The notes: a model not told the origin generated them from the sequence alone. A stretch of DNA of 27,694 bases from Cyanobacteria bacterium P01_A01_bin.123 (GCA_039815185.1 JBCBZT010000075.1:1-27694), one strand, 5' to 3'; positions 8,230 to 17,387 are shown, counted from the first letter of the stretch. Translations and numbers: made by a program.

Positions 8230-9174
8230 ATGAAGACTAAAACGATGAACCACGACGCGATGGCGCAACGCTACTCCGACAGGAGTATCGCGAGTCGCTG
8301 TGCAGAACTGGCAACACGGGCAGCTTGGCATACAGACGGCAGGGGGAATGGATTGCACCCAACCGCGATCGCCCAACTAGAATTCATGCGAGACGATGCC
8401 TCTACGACGATATGCAACGTCTATGAACCGGCACTCGCCATCATCGTTCAGGGAAAAAAGGAGATATTGCTCGGTGAGGAGACCTACCACTATGGTGTCG
8501 CCCAATATCTGGTAGTTTCTGTCGAACTGCCCGTCAAGGGATATATCGTGGAGGCGACGCCCGACAAGCCATACTTAGGCTTTCTACTAAAACTATCTCC
8601 CCTCCAACTCTTCGACATTGTTGCCCAGATCCAACCCAGGACAGGCACAAAAGCATGCTCATGCCGAGGTTTGTTCGTCAGCGATGTCGATCTGCCACTG
8701 ATTGATTGCGCCCTCAGACTGACCCAGCTCTTGGATACGCCGCAGGATATTCCATTTCTAGCGCCGATGATTATCCGTGAAATCTACTACCGTCTGCTCA
8801 TGGGTGAACAAGGCGAAGCGATTCGCCAGATTGTTACCTCCGGTAGCCACATGCAGCGTATCGCCGGCGTGATCGAACTGATCAAAGCTGACTTTGCCCG
8901 ATCGCTGCGGGTTGAGGAGCTGGCAGAGCAAGCTAACATGTCTGCCTCATCCTTCCATCGCCATTTCAAAGCCGTCACCTCAATGAGCCCGCTGCAGTAT
9001 CAAAAACAATTGCGGCTGTTAGAAGCACGTCGCCTGATGCTAGCTGAAGACGCCGATGCGACCCATGCAGCCTATCAGGTCGGCTACGAAAGCCCCTCCC
9101 AGTTCAGCCGTGAATATTCCCGTATGTTTGGGGCACCCCCTATCCAGGATATTCAGCAGTTACGGATAGCCTGA
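8230..9174 (+). CDS. AraC-family transcriptional regulator (YqhC-like), divergent from the SDR/AKR genes
   Basis: YEPALAIIVQGKKE N-terminal domain and the double HTH SSFHRHFKAVTSMSPLQYQKQLRL...VGYESPSQFSREYSRMFG. Confidence 0.95.
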   Translation: MKTKTMNHDAMAQRYSDRSIASRCAELATRAAWHTDGRGNGLHPTAIAQLEFMRDDASTTICNVYEPALAIIVQGKKEILLGEETYHYGVAQYLVVSVELPVKGYIVEATPDKPYLGFLLKLSPLQLFDIVAQIQPRTGTKACSCRGLFVSDVDLPLIDCALRLTQLLDTPQDIPFLAPMIIREIYYRLLMGEQGEAIRQIVTSGSHMQRIAGVIELIKADFARSLRVEELAEQANMSASSFHRHFKAVTSMSPLQYQKQLRLLEARRLMLAEDADATHAAYQVGYESPSQFSREYSRMFGAPPIQDIQQLRIA

Positions 9175-9235
9175 GCAGCTATCGTTCGTTGATAACTCAA
9201 ACAAACGAGGTCAGGTTTAGCTAAATGCGATCGCC

Positions 9236-9322
9236 GCCTAACGATCCGGTTTCACCTGATGAATTACGGTTGATTAGCAGGTATTATGCGATGTTTACTA
9301 CGGGTGAAGCGGAACGTTAGCC
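9236..9322 (+). other. attC-like site 2 (best preserved)
   Basis: GCCTAAC-GATCCG-GTTTCACC ... GGTGAAG-CGGAAC-GTTAGCC: complementary outer core sites, inner boxes that pair with one extra base on the left, and a variable centre. Confidence 0.65.
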
Positions 9323-9354
9323 CTCACTATTAACATCTTCAGTACAAATAAGTT

Positions 9355-9942
9355 CTAAATGCTGGAAGTTAAAATAGCGTGTTGCATTCGGATTTCATCT
9401 AAACGAGTGGCTTGATTAGTTTTTATCCCGATCGTAAACTCACCGACCAACGAATAGTAAGCTAAGCGAGCACGAGCCAATGCTTCACCCTCAGGAAAAC
9501 CAATTTCGATAAATAAATCTTTGGTGTAGTGGAGCCGTTGCTGATCAACTTGGGCCATGAGCGCGGCCACTTTCGAATCTTTTGTTGCCCAAGCACGAAT
9601 TGCGCTCTCAAGGCTGCCATCAGCTAAACCAGGGGTAAGACCGTTATCTGCGATCGCGAGTTCAAATAATCGCAGTAGCTTTATCTTCGGATCGGCATTA
9701 ATCTGATTCACCCGTTTGATAATGCCGTTGGTATCGATCTCCACCCATTCAGCCAAGATTGCATCCAACAAATCCCTGCGATCCTTAAAGTGCCAATAGA
9801 AACTTCCTTTGGTCACTTTCATCTGTTTTGCTAACGGTTCTACCCGGACGGCATCCACCCCGCTCTCTGCCAAGACAGTTAATCCCATCTTGAGCCAATC
9901 TTCTCTGTCAAGCCTAGGCTCTAGTGCTTTTCGCTTAACCAT
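9355..9942 (-). CDS. TetR/AcrR-family transcriptional regulator
   Basis: HTH region GVDAVRVEPLAKQMKVTKGSFYWHFKDR. Confidence 0.95.
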   Translation of the reverse strand: MVKRKALEPRLDREDWLKMGLTVLAESGVDAVRVEPLAKQMKVTKGSFYWHFKDRRDLLDAILAEWVEIDTNGIIKRVNQINADPKIKLLRLFELAIADNGLTPGLADGSLESAIRAWATKDSKVAALMAQVDQQRLHYTKDLFIEIGFPEGEALARARLAYYSLVGEFTIGIKTNQATRLDEIRMQHAILTSSI

Positions 9943-10004
9943 ACGTCACCGTATTGACAACCTTTGAATCTCAGCTTAGAGTAGCTCCATACGGTGACGT
10001 ATGG
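9939..10004. promoter_or_regulatory. Paired TetR operators flanking a rightward promoter
   Basis: CCATACGTCACCGTATTG (9939-9956) and CCATACGGTGACGTATGG (9987-10004) are 17/18 identical in inverted orientation. TTGACA (9954-9959), 17 nt, TAGAGT (9977-9982). Confidence 0.8.
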
Positions 10005-10054
10005 GACATGAGATTTTTCTTGTTTAATGACTTCATTCTTTAGGTGAGCATGTC

Positions 10055-10507
10055 GTGTTAAGAGTAGCTGGACGATTTTGGATAGCGATTGCAATTATTC
10101 ATGTGCTTGTTGGGCTAGCTGCATATTTTCCACAATGGCAGGAGATCGCCCAAGCGGGTTGGTTTAACGTAGTGGCTCCCGACCCGTTTGCACCCATTTT
10201 TGATCGCGAGGATGCATTTTGGTTCATGATGATTACTCCGTTTTTGTTGATCCTGGGCCAGTTATGTTTCTGGGCAGATCGACAGAATCTTACATTTCCC
10301 GTTTCAATCAGTGGAATTCTGCTTGCATCTACGACCACAGGAATTTTCTTTATCCCAATCTCTGGATTTTGGTTGGTATTAATTCCAAACGTGATGATGC
10401 TTTACTCATCGAAGGTAGCACATTTCACGGGTCAGTCTAATCGAGCGAATGCGAATCAGGGCAGCCGAACACAATCGTCAAACGGGGTGAATTATCCCAC
10501 CCTGTAG
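10055..10507 (+). CDS. Small membrane protein, DUF6463-like
   Basis: IAIIHVLVG...GWFNVV...AFWF...PISGFWL pattern, divergent from tetR. The polar tail overlaps the next gene's 3' end. Confidence 0.7.
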   Translation: MLRVAGRFWIAIAIIHVLVGLAAYFPQWQEIAQAGWFNVVAPDPFAPIFDREDAFWFMMITPFLLILGQLCFWADRQNLTFPVSISGILLASTTTGIFFIPISGFWLVLIPNVMMLYSSKVAHFTGQSNRANANQGSRTQSSNGVNYPTL

Positions 10508-11067
10508 TGGAGTAGCAAAACGCCATTGTCATAGATCTTGCGCTGGGTTAGGGTCAAAGACGTTTGCTGAATCATGCCAGAAAACATTGGAATACCCGAA
10601 CCCATCAAAAATGGATTGACCTTGAGAATGAGCTGATCAATTAAATGGTTGGCAAAGAGCGTTGTGGCTAAATTGGCCCCACCACAAAGCCAAATTCCCT
10701 GACCTGATTCACCCTTTAAACCTTCGACCAACTCAACTGCATTTCTTGATACCAGCTCGACAGCCTCGTCTGGGCTTTCTGTCATGTTGCGTGAAAAGAG
10801 ATACTGTTTTAGGTGGTTGTAAGGACTGGTAACACCATCCTTTAAGCCAATTTCATAGGTTTTTCGCCCCATCAGAACCGTATCAAACCATTTATTTTCA
10901 CCGTGAACACCCATCACATCACGCAGGTGAGACGGCACAGTTTCAGGAAAAGCGGCGAATATATCAGCAAAGTACTCACTATCTTGGGAAAAACCTTCGT
11001 GAGAACCATTGTTATGGGCAATAAAGCCATCAACGCTGCAAGCCACATAATAGGTCAACTCTCGCAT
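10492..11067 (-). CDS. Dihydrofolate reductase / RibD C-terminal family protein
   Basis: YYVACSVDGFIA, LMGRKTYE, IWLCGGANLA and NPFLMGSGIPMF. AGGAGG ribosome-binding site. Confidence 0.92.
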   Translation of the reverse strand: MRELTYYVACSVDGFIAHNNGSHEGFSQDSEYFADIFAAFPETVPSHLRDVMGVHGENKWFDTVLMGRKTYEIGLKDGVTSPYNHLKQYLFSRNMTESPDEAVELVSRNAVELVEGLKGESGQGIWLCGGANLATTLFANHLIDQLILKVNPFLMGSGIPMFSGMIQQTSLTLTQRKIYDNGVLLLHYRVG

Positions 11068-11100
11068 ATTCCCTCCTAAAGTGAGATGTATAAAACGGCG

Positions 11101-11484
11101 CTAACTGTAGTCCACAATCCGGGATAGTCTGCCATCTTTGAACTCAAACTCTGACCGCCCATTCAGCTTAAGTACCTTGCCTGCCTTCATCCCATTCGGA
11201 AGATCTGACGCCAGCACGCCCTCGTATGCCACTTGTATTGACGCGCCATCTCCCGTCGCATCGAACGCTGTCACTGTCTGCTGCCGTGACGTAAAAAACG
11301 CCTTTGACTGCTTGGCCATTTAGTAAAACTCGCTAGCTCCAGAGGCAGCAGCGTTGACCTCACCGCCTGACACGTTTTTGAATTCGACGTCGGGATGAAC
11401 GGTAGACATCATTTCTTCAACGTCGAAAGCGTTGTAGGCGTCAAGGTAGCGATCGATTAAATCACGCTTCTCTTCTTCGGTCAT
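11101..11484 (-). pseudogene. SnoaL/NTF2-like protein with an internal stop codon
   Basis: ATG 11484 reads MTEEEKRDLIDRYLDAYNAFDVEEMMSTVHPDVEF...EFY, then TAA at 11322-11320, then continues in frame MAKQSK...GRSEFEFKDGRLSRIVDYS. Confidence 0.88.
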
Positions 11485-11512
11485 GATTCTCACGGTCTCT
11501 AATTCTAGAGCC

Positions 11513-11567
11513 GTATAACTACTGATGATTAGACAGAGTCTTTCTGTTTAAAGCGAGTAGGTTATGA
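11513..11567. other. attC-like imperfect palindrome 3
   Basis: GTATAAC-TACT...TTAGACAGA-gtctt-TCTGTTTAA...AGTAG-GTTATGA, ending 29 nt upstream of the SnoaL start. Confidence 0.45.
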
Positions 11568-11991
11568 ATTACATCAAAATTTATTCACAAATGCAAATTT
11601 TGTTCCAGGGTGGCCTTGGGTTCATGTGCTTCAGCCAACCGATAAATCAGATTGATAAACCGACGGCTGAGTTTAGATCTTGGTCTTGCCTTGGCAGAGA
11701 CGGCCAAGGGACTCTGCTGAGCTTGACCCAGCGCATCGATGTCACTAGAAGTAGGGTCGATGTTGGGTTGGGGGCGTTGCGGATGCATCAAGATGGGGCT
11801 ACTGATACGACGTTGTTGTACTCTACAAATCGATTGGGAAGATTCCGAGAAGTAGGTGCTACCCATCTCTGCAAGCAAACCAACGCAGTAGAGGAAGCCG
11901 AATTCTGGAGTTTCCCCTGCGGTTTCTGGGCTCTGTTGTACTCTAAGATGTCGTTGCCTGTATCCGCCAACCTCCTAGGCCTGCTTCAGTT

Positions 11992-12088
11992 TCGTTTAAG
12001 CGGCATCCTTTCCCATCAGAGACGTCGTGTCGTACTAAATGTCAGGTGGTATCTACGTTATAGCCTGAGCTATCGAGATTTAGAGGAG
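11992..12088 (+). mobile_element. IS6-family transposase N-terminal remnant
   Basis: FKRHPFPSE, a frameshift, then VLNVRWYLRYSLSYRDLEE, the characteristic start of IS6 transposases. Confidence 0.85.
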
Positions 12089-12109
12089 TTGAGATTTGGC
12101 AAAACCTTA

Positions 12110-14386
12110 TTAACGCTTATCGCGCAAATTTTTGTTTAATAGATTGAGCGGAGCCTGATACCAATCAGACTTCAACTCTTTACCGTTTGAGCTGTTTAAG
12201 TACGAGGCTCCATTCGATTCCTCGACAGTAGATTGCTGATAGTAATTGTAGTGCTGGTAGTAGCCGTAGCTTGTTTCACTTTCTTGCTTCGATGCATTGG
12301 CCACCATTCCCAATATGGGCACTTTCGCGATACTCAGATCATCTAAAGTAGATTGCAGCTGCGAAAACTTAATTTGTCCCAGTGTAGCGGTTAATAGTAT
12401 GCCTTGTGTTTGTGCCGAGACCAGCAATGCATCTGCAAATCCTAGTATAGGAGGTGTATCAAAGATAACCAGATCAAATTCTGCATGAATGCGATTAAAC
12501 AAATCTTTGACGCGTTGTGCTGAAAGAATTTTAATGGGTTCTGGTGGTATTGGCCCTGAAGGGAGCACATACAAATTCGGTTCTGTTGGAAGATTAGTCA
12601 ATACATCTTCTAGGTCAAACTCATTGCTCGCATAGTTTGATAGTCCTTTTTCGTTAGTAAGATTACAGAGGTTATGAATCGTAGGTCGCCGCAAATCTGT
12701 ATCAACCAGTAAGACTTTTTGTCCAGTTGCGGCAACAGCATGGGCAAGATAAAAGCTAATGGTGCTTTTACCCATGTTAGGAATAGCTGAGCTTATGGCT
12801 AGCGTTTTAATGGGCTCATCTGGTCTGAGCAACTTAATGTTAGTCGAAAGTATCCTAAATGATTCCAAAAAGGGCGAAGATATCGGTTCGGAGCCAAAGG
12901 TATTAGGTTCAGAAGAAAAAAGATTTAGATTGAGCCCCAGCTGACCCAGCTGACTAATAAATGGTATCAATGATTGACCATCCTCTAACAACTTTTCATA
13001 GGGAATCGTTCCTAGAAGGGGCACAGGCACCACCTCCTTAAGTTCACGCACCGTATGAATCTTGCCTCGCAGTCGATCAACCAAAATAGCAGCGCCTGAG
13101 CCCACGAGGAGGCCCAAGACAGTACCAAGGACAAGGTTGCGCTTTGCACTAGCCGAAGAAGCTATTGGCTCAGCAACAGGCGTTAAAATTTCCCATGGAG
13201 TTTGACGTTGGGCAGCATCAATTCTTAGGGCTTCTCGCTTAGTCAGAAACTGATTTAAGTTGGTTGTTGCAACCTCTAGCTCACGCTGAATACTATTGTA
13301 CTTTCGGGCCGTTGTAGAGAGGTCTTGAATTTGTTGATTTAGGATCTCAATTGCTGTGCTCAAGGCTTGATCAAGATCTTGTAGCTCACGAATATAGTTT
13401 TCAAGTTGCTCTTGAACTCGAATACCTTCTCTTTCTAACAGAGGCTCCAGGTTTTCACGGCGCTCTTGGATAACTTCAATCTCAGGGCTATCTTCCAAAT
13501 ACAATGTTAGTTCATCAGCCAGTTGACTATCAATCTCTAACATCTGATTGATTAAGCTCTGGTAGCGATCGCTCTCTAATAGCGCCGAGGTCGCTGCAAA
13601 TTCTCCACCTTCAGCAATCTCTTGTTGAAGATTTTGGTACAGCTTCTGAGTCTGCCGGATTTGAACTCTTAAGTCGAGCTGTTCGGCAGTGAATTTTGCA
13701 ATCTGCTCTGATAACTGCTCACCTTGCAGCAGGGGATCAATTAGATTAGATTGTTGACGTAAGCTTTCAAGTGCTTCTTCCAATTCCTCTACGCGATCTC
13801 TCACCAAAGGTAACTGTTCATCGACAAAATCAATACCCCGGTAAATATCATTTTGCCGATCTTCTAAACTGTACCTTAGATAAGCTGCCGCGATCGCCTC
13901 TAGAACATCAGTGACCTGTTCTGGATCATCACTCTGATACTGAACTATTAAGGTATTTCCAGTTTCGTCAGGCTTAATGCCTAGATTTCCAACTACCTTT
14001 CTGTAGTTAATCTCAGGGTGGCTGTTCTGAAGCTCTTCGATAATGGGCTCCATTACCCGAGGGCTTTTGAGGATCTTTAACCGGGTGTCATCGACCCCAA
14101 CGTCTACGACCTCTGACTGATTGCTAAGTGCATCTGGGTTTAGTGTGGAAATGATCTGAGTTTCTAAGGTAGCTGCTGGTGTTAACAGTTCAAAACTAGA
14201 CTGATAGATGGTTGTATCGGTTACCGCTTTCAGTACTGCAGCCGAAGCTGTTAAAGTCGTGACCCCTGCGATCAAAAGTACATGGCGTTTTAGGGCCGAA
14301 ACTAAGCGGCCTAACTGGAGTCCCCCTTCTTGGTCCTGCTCTTGGGGAAGTGTGCCCGCCGGAGGTAGCTGCAGTTCAGATGCCAT
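12110..14386 (-). CDS. wzc: Polysaccharide co-polymerase / tyrosine autokinase (GumC/Wzc)
   Basis: Two transmembrane segments around a coiled-coil region, ESFRILSTNI, Walker A SSAIPNMGKST, VLLVDTDLRRP, IFDTPP and the Tyr cluster YGYYQHYNYY. Confidence 0.93.
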   Translation of the reverse strand: MASELQLPPAGTLPQEQDQEGGLQLGRLVSALKRHVLLIAGVTTLTASAAVLKAVTDTTIYQSSFELLTPAATLETQIISTLNPDALSNQSEVVDVGVDDTRLKILKSPRVMEPIIEELQNSHPEINYRKVVGNLGIKPDETGNTLIVQYQSDDPEQVTDVLEAIAAAYLRYSLEDRQNDIYRGIDFVDEQLPLVRDRVEELEEALESLRQQSNLIDPLLQGEQLSEQIAKFTAEQLDLRVQIRQTQKLYQNLQQEIAEGGEFAATSALLESDRYQSLINQMLEIDSQLADELTLYLEDSPEIEVIQERRENLEPLLEREGIRVQEQLENYIRELQDLDQALSTAIEILNQQIQDLSTTARKYNSIQRELEVATTNLNQFLTKREALRIDAAQRQTPWEILTPVAEPIASSASAKRNLVLGTVLGLLVGSGAAILVDRLRGKIHTVRELKEVVPVPLLGTIPYEKLLEDGQSLIPFISQLGQLGLNLNLFSSEPNTFGSEPISSPFLESFRILSTNIKLLRPDEPIKTLAISSAIPNMGKSTISFYLAHAVAATGQKVLLVDTDLRRPTIHNLCNLTNEKGLSNYASNEFDLEDVLTNLPTEPNLYVLPSGPIPPEPIKILSAQRVKDLFNRIHAEFDLVIFDTPPILGFADALLVSAQTQGILLTATLGQIKFSQLQSTLDDLSIAKVPILGMVANASKQESETSYGYYQHYNYYQQSTVEESNGASYLNSSNGKELKSDWYQAPLNLLNKNLRDKR

Positions 14387-14423
14387 GTGAGGTGCCTTCC
14401 TTAAATACCCGTTACATTAAAAA

Positions 14424-15869
14424 TTAATCAAAAATTCTGAATATGTTGAATAAAGAAAACGCCCTACCCAGTGGGCCGATGAAGGTATCTAGTGTGTCTG
14501 CAAGCGTCGCAGAGGCTGATCGCCTCACGATTATTATGTCGTTGTTGCGCAGCAATGGATTCATATTTTCATCAATTCCCTGGGCAAAATCAACTGACAC
14601 AGAGCTCCGGGTGGCAGTCCCGTCAGGATTAAGGCGAACTAAATCAACAATCCCTGTACTAGCCCGGTTGTTAAACCCGCCTGCCGCAAGAACCCCCTGA
14701 CTCAGGGGCGTATTTGGGGCGACTTCAACAACCCCAGGACTGGCCACCTCTCCGACGACATTGATCCTGATCGTATCCGGAGAGAAGCTTGCTGCCGCAA
14801 CTTCGGAGATTTCCTCAGGCAATAGATTTTCGGCGCGGGGAATGTGAACCGTATCGCCCTCTTGCAGGAGAATATCCTCCGTAATATCACCGTCGGCTAA
14901 CAGTTGCCAAAGGTTGACGTTGATGACTTGTTCTTCCCCATTACGAGTTCTACGACGAATCTCAATTTCACGAATATTGGCTTCAGGCTTAATGCCACCC
15001 GCCACCTGAATGGCTCGCGTTACAGTAGGCGGAATGTTAGTCCCCCCGCTGCCACCGGGCACGCCAGCCTCACCAGTGCGCGCTGTGCCTGTTACCGTGT
15101 ATGGCCCTGGGCGAAACACCTCACCAACAACTGCGATATTCAAAGGACGGCTTTCATCGGCGGCAAAGCTCGCGGCTGCCAGTTGAAGAGATTCTGCTTG
15201 ATCAAAACTATCTCGCGTTGGAATGAACACAGTATCCCCATCTCGCAGGGAAAAGTTGTAGCGAAGATCACCTGTTTCGAGAAATCGCCATAGGTCAGCG
15301 ACAATTGTTTGTTGAGCACCAGTTCCTGTAGATCTTTGGATAACAATCTGACGTAAATCGGCTGACTGTGTCACCCCACCCGCAACCTCCAATGCGCTGA
15401 CAAGAGAGGGAAATTGAGTACCTTCTCTTTGTAAAGTGTATGCCCCTGGGTGAGAGACTTCTCCTGCGATGCCAATGCTTAGGGGCCTAGGCGTGACCAA
15501 GAAAACATTGATAATGGGCCTGCGAAGCCTTTGCGCATAGGCCTGAGAGATAGCTCTTTCAGCCTGTTCTAACGTTAATCCTGCAATAGAGATTCGACCA
15601 ATTCTAGGTAAGCTGAGCGTGCCATCGACGAGGACTTCGTAGTCTCCGCTGTACTCAGGAAGGCGAAAGACATCAATCCGAATTTGGTCACCTGCTCCTA
15701 AAACGTAAGCATCCGGCGAGGAAGTCCCTTCCAGAAGCCTAAGGTCATCGCCATCAGAGATAGGGGGTGGCAAAGGTGATTGAGCTAATGCGGGCAGGAA
15801 TAAATTTGACGCTAGGACTAATATGGTCAAATAAATGGTCGCTAAAGGCATTCGATACAAGCAAAACAT
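14424..15869 (-). CDS. wza: Polysaccharide export protein with SLBB domains (Wza-like)
   Basis: YVLGAGDQIRIDVF, DGTLSLPRIG and repeated GEVxxPG SLBB motifs. Signal peptide ending ALA-Q. Start is 15869 or 15851. Confidence 0.9.
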   Translation of the reverse strand: MFCLYRMPLATIYLTILVLASNLFLPALAQSPLPPPISDGDDLRLLEGTSSPDAYVLGAGDQIRIDVFRLPEYSGDYEVLVDGTLSLPRIGRISIAGLTLEQAERAISQAYAQRLRRPIINVFLVTPRPLSIGIAGEVSHPGAYTLQREGTQFPSLVSALEVAGGVTQSADLRQIVIQRSTGTGAQQTIVADLWRFLETGDLRYNFSLRDGDTVFIPTRDSFDQAESLQLAAASFAADESRPLNIAVVGEVFRPGPYTVTGTARTGEAGVPGGSGGTNIPPTVTRAIQVAGGIKPEANIREIEIRRRTRNGEEQVINVNLWQLLADGDITEDILLQEGDTVHIPRAENLLPEEISEVAAASFSPDTIRINVVGEVASPGVVEVAPNTPLSQGVLAAGGFNNRASTGIVDLVRLNPDGTATRSSVSVDFAQGIDENMNPLLRNNDIIIVRRSASATLADTLDTFIGPLGRAFSLFNIFRIFD

Positions 15870-16292
15870 AAATAGATAAAGTCGCGCTCTATGACTCTTG
15901 ACCTGACTATAAGCGATATAGATCTTAATTTTGTCGTTGTTTTGAGAAAAGTCCTGCTTACGATGAAACTTTAGAGCAGTTAACAACACTTACATTAAAA
16001 TCCTTTTTGTTATCAACCTGATCCACATCCAGCCCCATGATTTTCTCTTGCAGGGGCGCAAGACCTTGGCACCTCTACTCAAGATTTCAAATCAGATGTG
16101 GTTTAGATGCTAGCCCCTAAAGAACATGAAAGAATACGCTACCTTTATTGCTCTCAGACCCTGACGAGTCAGGATAAACTATTCCATGCTTACTTTCCCA
16201 TCCACGTCAACTTTAGACAAGGTTTACAGGAATTTAATAAATTGGGTTGCTAGTGTAATGATTTATCGATCTCCTAATGTGATGATCAGCAT

Positions 16293-17042
16293 TTACTGCA
16301 AATAACAGTGCCAAGTTTCGATTTTATAATCAGCCTCAACCCGATCCACTTGCTGCTTTTCTGCAGATCTTGCATGGAACCTACCCCTGACCCCATAAAT
16401 AATCAGTGCGATGTATTCCCTTAGCGTTACCTTAGCGCTTTCTAACGAGAAAAGATTCGCAGACTCTAATGGGATGGGATAAGGAGTGACATCAAATCCA
16501 AATCCTTGGAAAACTAAAAAGGCTCTCACCATGTGTGGCTCATCGGTCACTAACAAGATACGCTTTTGAGCATCAAGTAATGTATTTGAGAATAAGCCAT
16601 TCTCCCACGTGGATTGAGAGCATCTTTCACCTTTGACTTGGGCCTCGGGAACCCCCATCTCTTGCAAGGTCTCTATAATAGGCGGGGCATCTGTCATGCC
16701 ACTCACAAAAATATTCGATGATTGTCTGTCATTCCAAAGCTGTGAAGCAACTAAGGCTCTATCTGTGCGATTGTCAAGTCCTCGTCCCAGAATTACTATC
16801 GACTCCACTGATTCACCTTGATCTGTAGGTAGTACGCTCAATAGCAACCGCATTGACAAATTTAGTAATAGTGGGGAGAGCAGGATAAAAGTAGCAGCCC
16901 CTGCTAGCCAGAATCTTGGGTATTTTAGGCGCTTTGGGCGTTTGAAGGGGCGATGGCAAGACAAACATAAGAAGTCGGTTGGGGATTGGGGGGAATCGGC
17001 ATGTTTGACAACTGACTGATTTCCACAGGAAGGACAACGCAT
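16293..17042 (-). CDS. YdcF/DUF218 family protein with an N-terminal zinc ribbon and a transmembrane anchor
   Basis: CPSC...CLSC, a TM helix, IVILGRG, SQSTWENG and LLVTDEPHMVRA...REY. Confidence 0.85.
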   Translation of the reverse strand: MRCPSCGNQSVVKHADSPQSPTDFLCLSCHRPFKRPKRLKYPRFWLAGAATFILLSPLLLNLSMRLLLSVLPTDQGESVESIVILGRGLDNRTDRALVASQLWNDRQSSNIFVSGMTDAPPIIETLQEMGVPEAQVKGERCSQSTWENGLFSNTLLDAQKRILLVTDEPHMVRAFLVFQGFGFDVTPYPIPLESANLFSLESAKVTLREYIALIIYGVRGRFHARSAEKQQVDRVEADYKIETWHCYLQ

Positions 17043-17387
17043 ACGAATTTCCACTCAATGTAAAAGCTAAAATAAGCACAGCGAACAGCTTAAATCATTT
17101 GCTGCTCATAGGATGAGTTCACTCATCGTAAGGGGATGTTCAAGCTGGATAAAGCCTGATCCGGGAACTTGATTGACGAAATCGTAATGAAGTCAACAAT
17201 AAGAGAGAGTAGCTGAGAAACTAGTGCCCTCAGTATTTACACGTATACATGATAGCCTATTTAATTTCTGTAACGTCAACTCTTCTAGATTTAGGCGCTA
17301 TCAAAAGCATCATCTGATTGGTTCAAGCTCAGGACTGTAAGGAGGATAATGGCAGTGACGCAAATGCTTCTCTGAAGACGTTATTTT

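Noticed and set aside
10430..10492. GTCTAAT or GCCGAAC as attC remnants closing the TetR/DUF6463-like module
   Set aside because: The position fits but no complementary arm is found
11564..12139. 191-aa plus-strand ORF as a real gene
   Set aside because: It looks chimeric: only the last part matches IS6, and it runs into the wzc 3' end
17261..17273. TTA-N7-TAA LysR (CmpR/CbbR-like) box upstream of rca
   Set aside because: Low-information motif in AT-rich DNA, expected by chance
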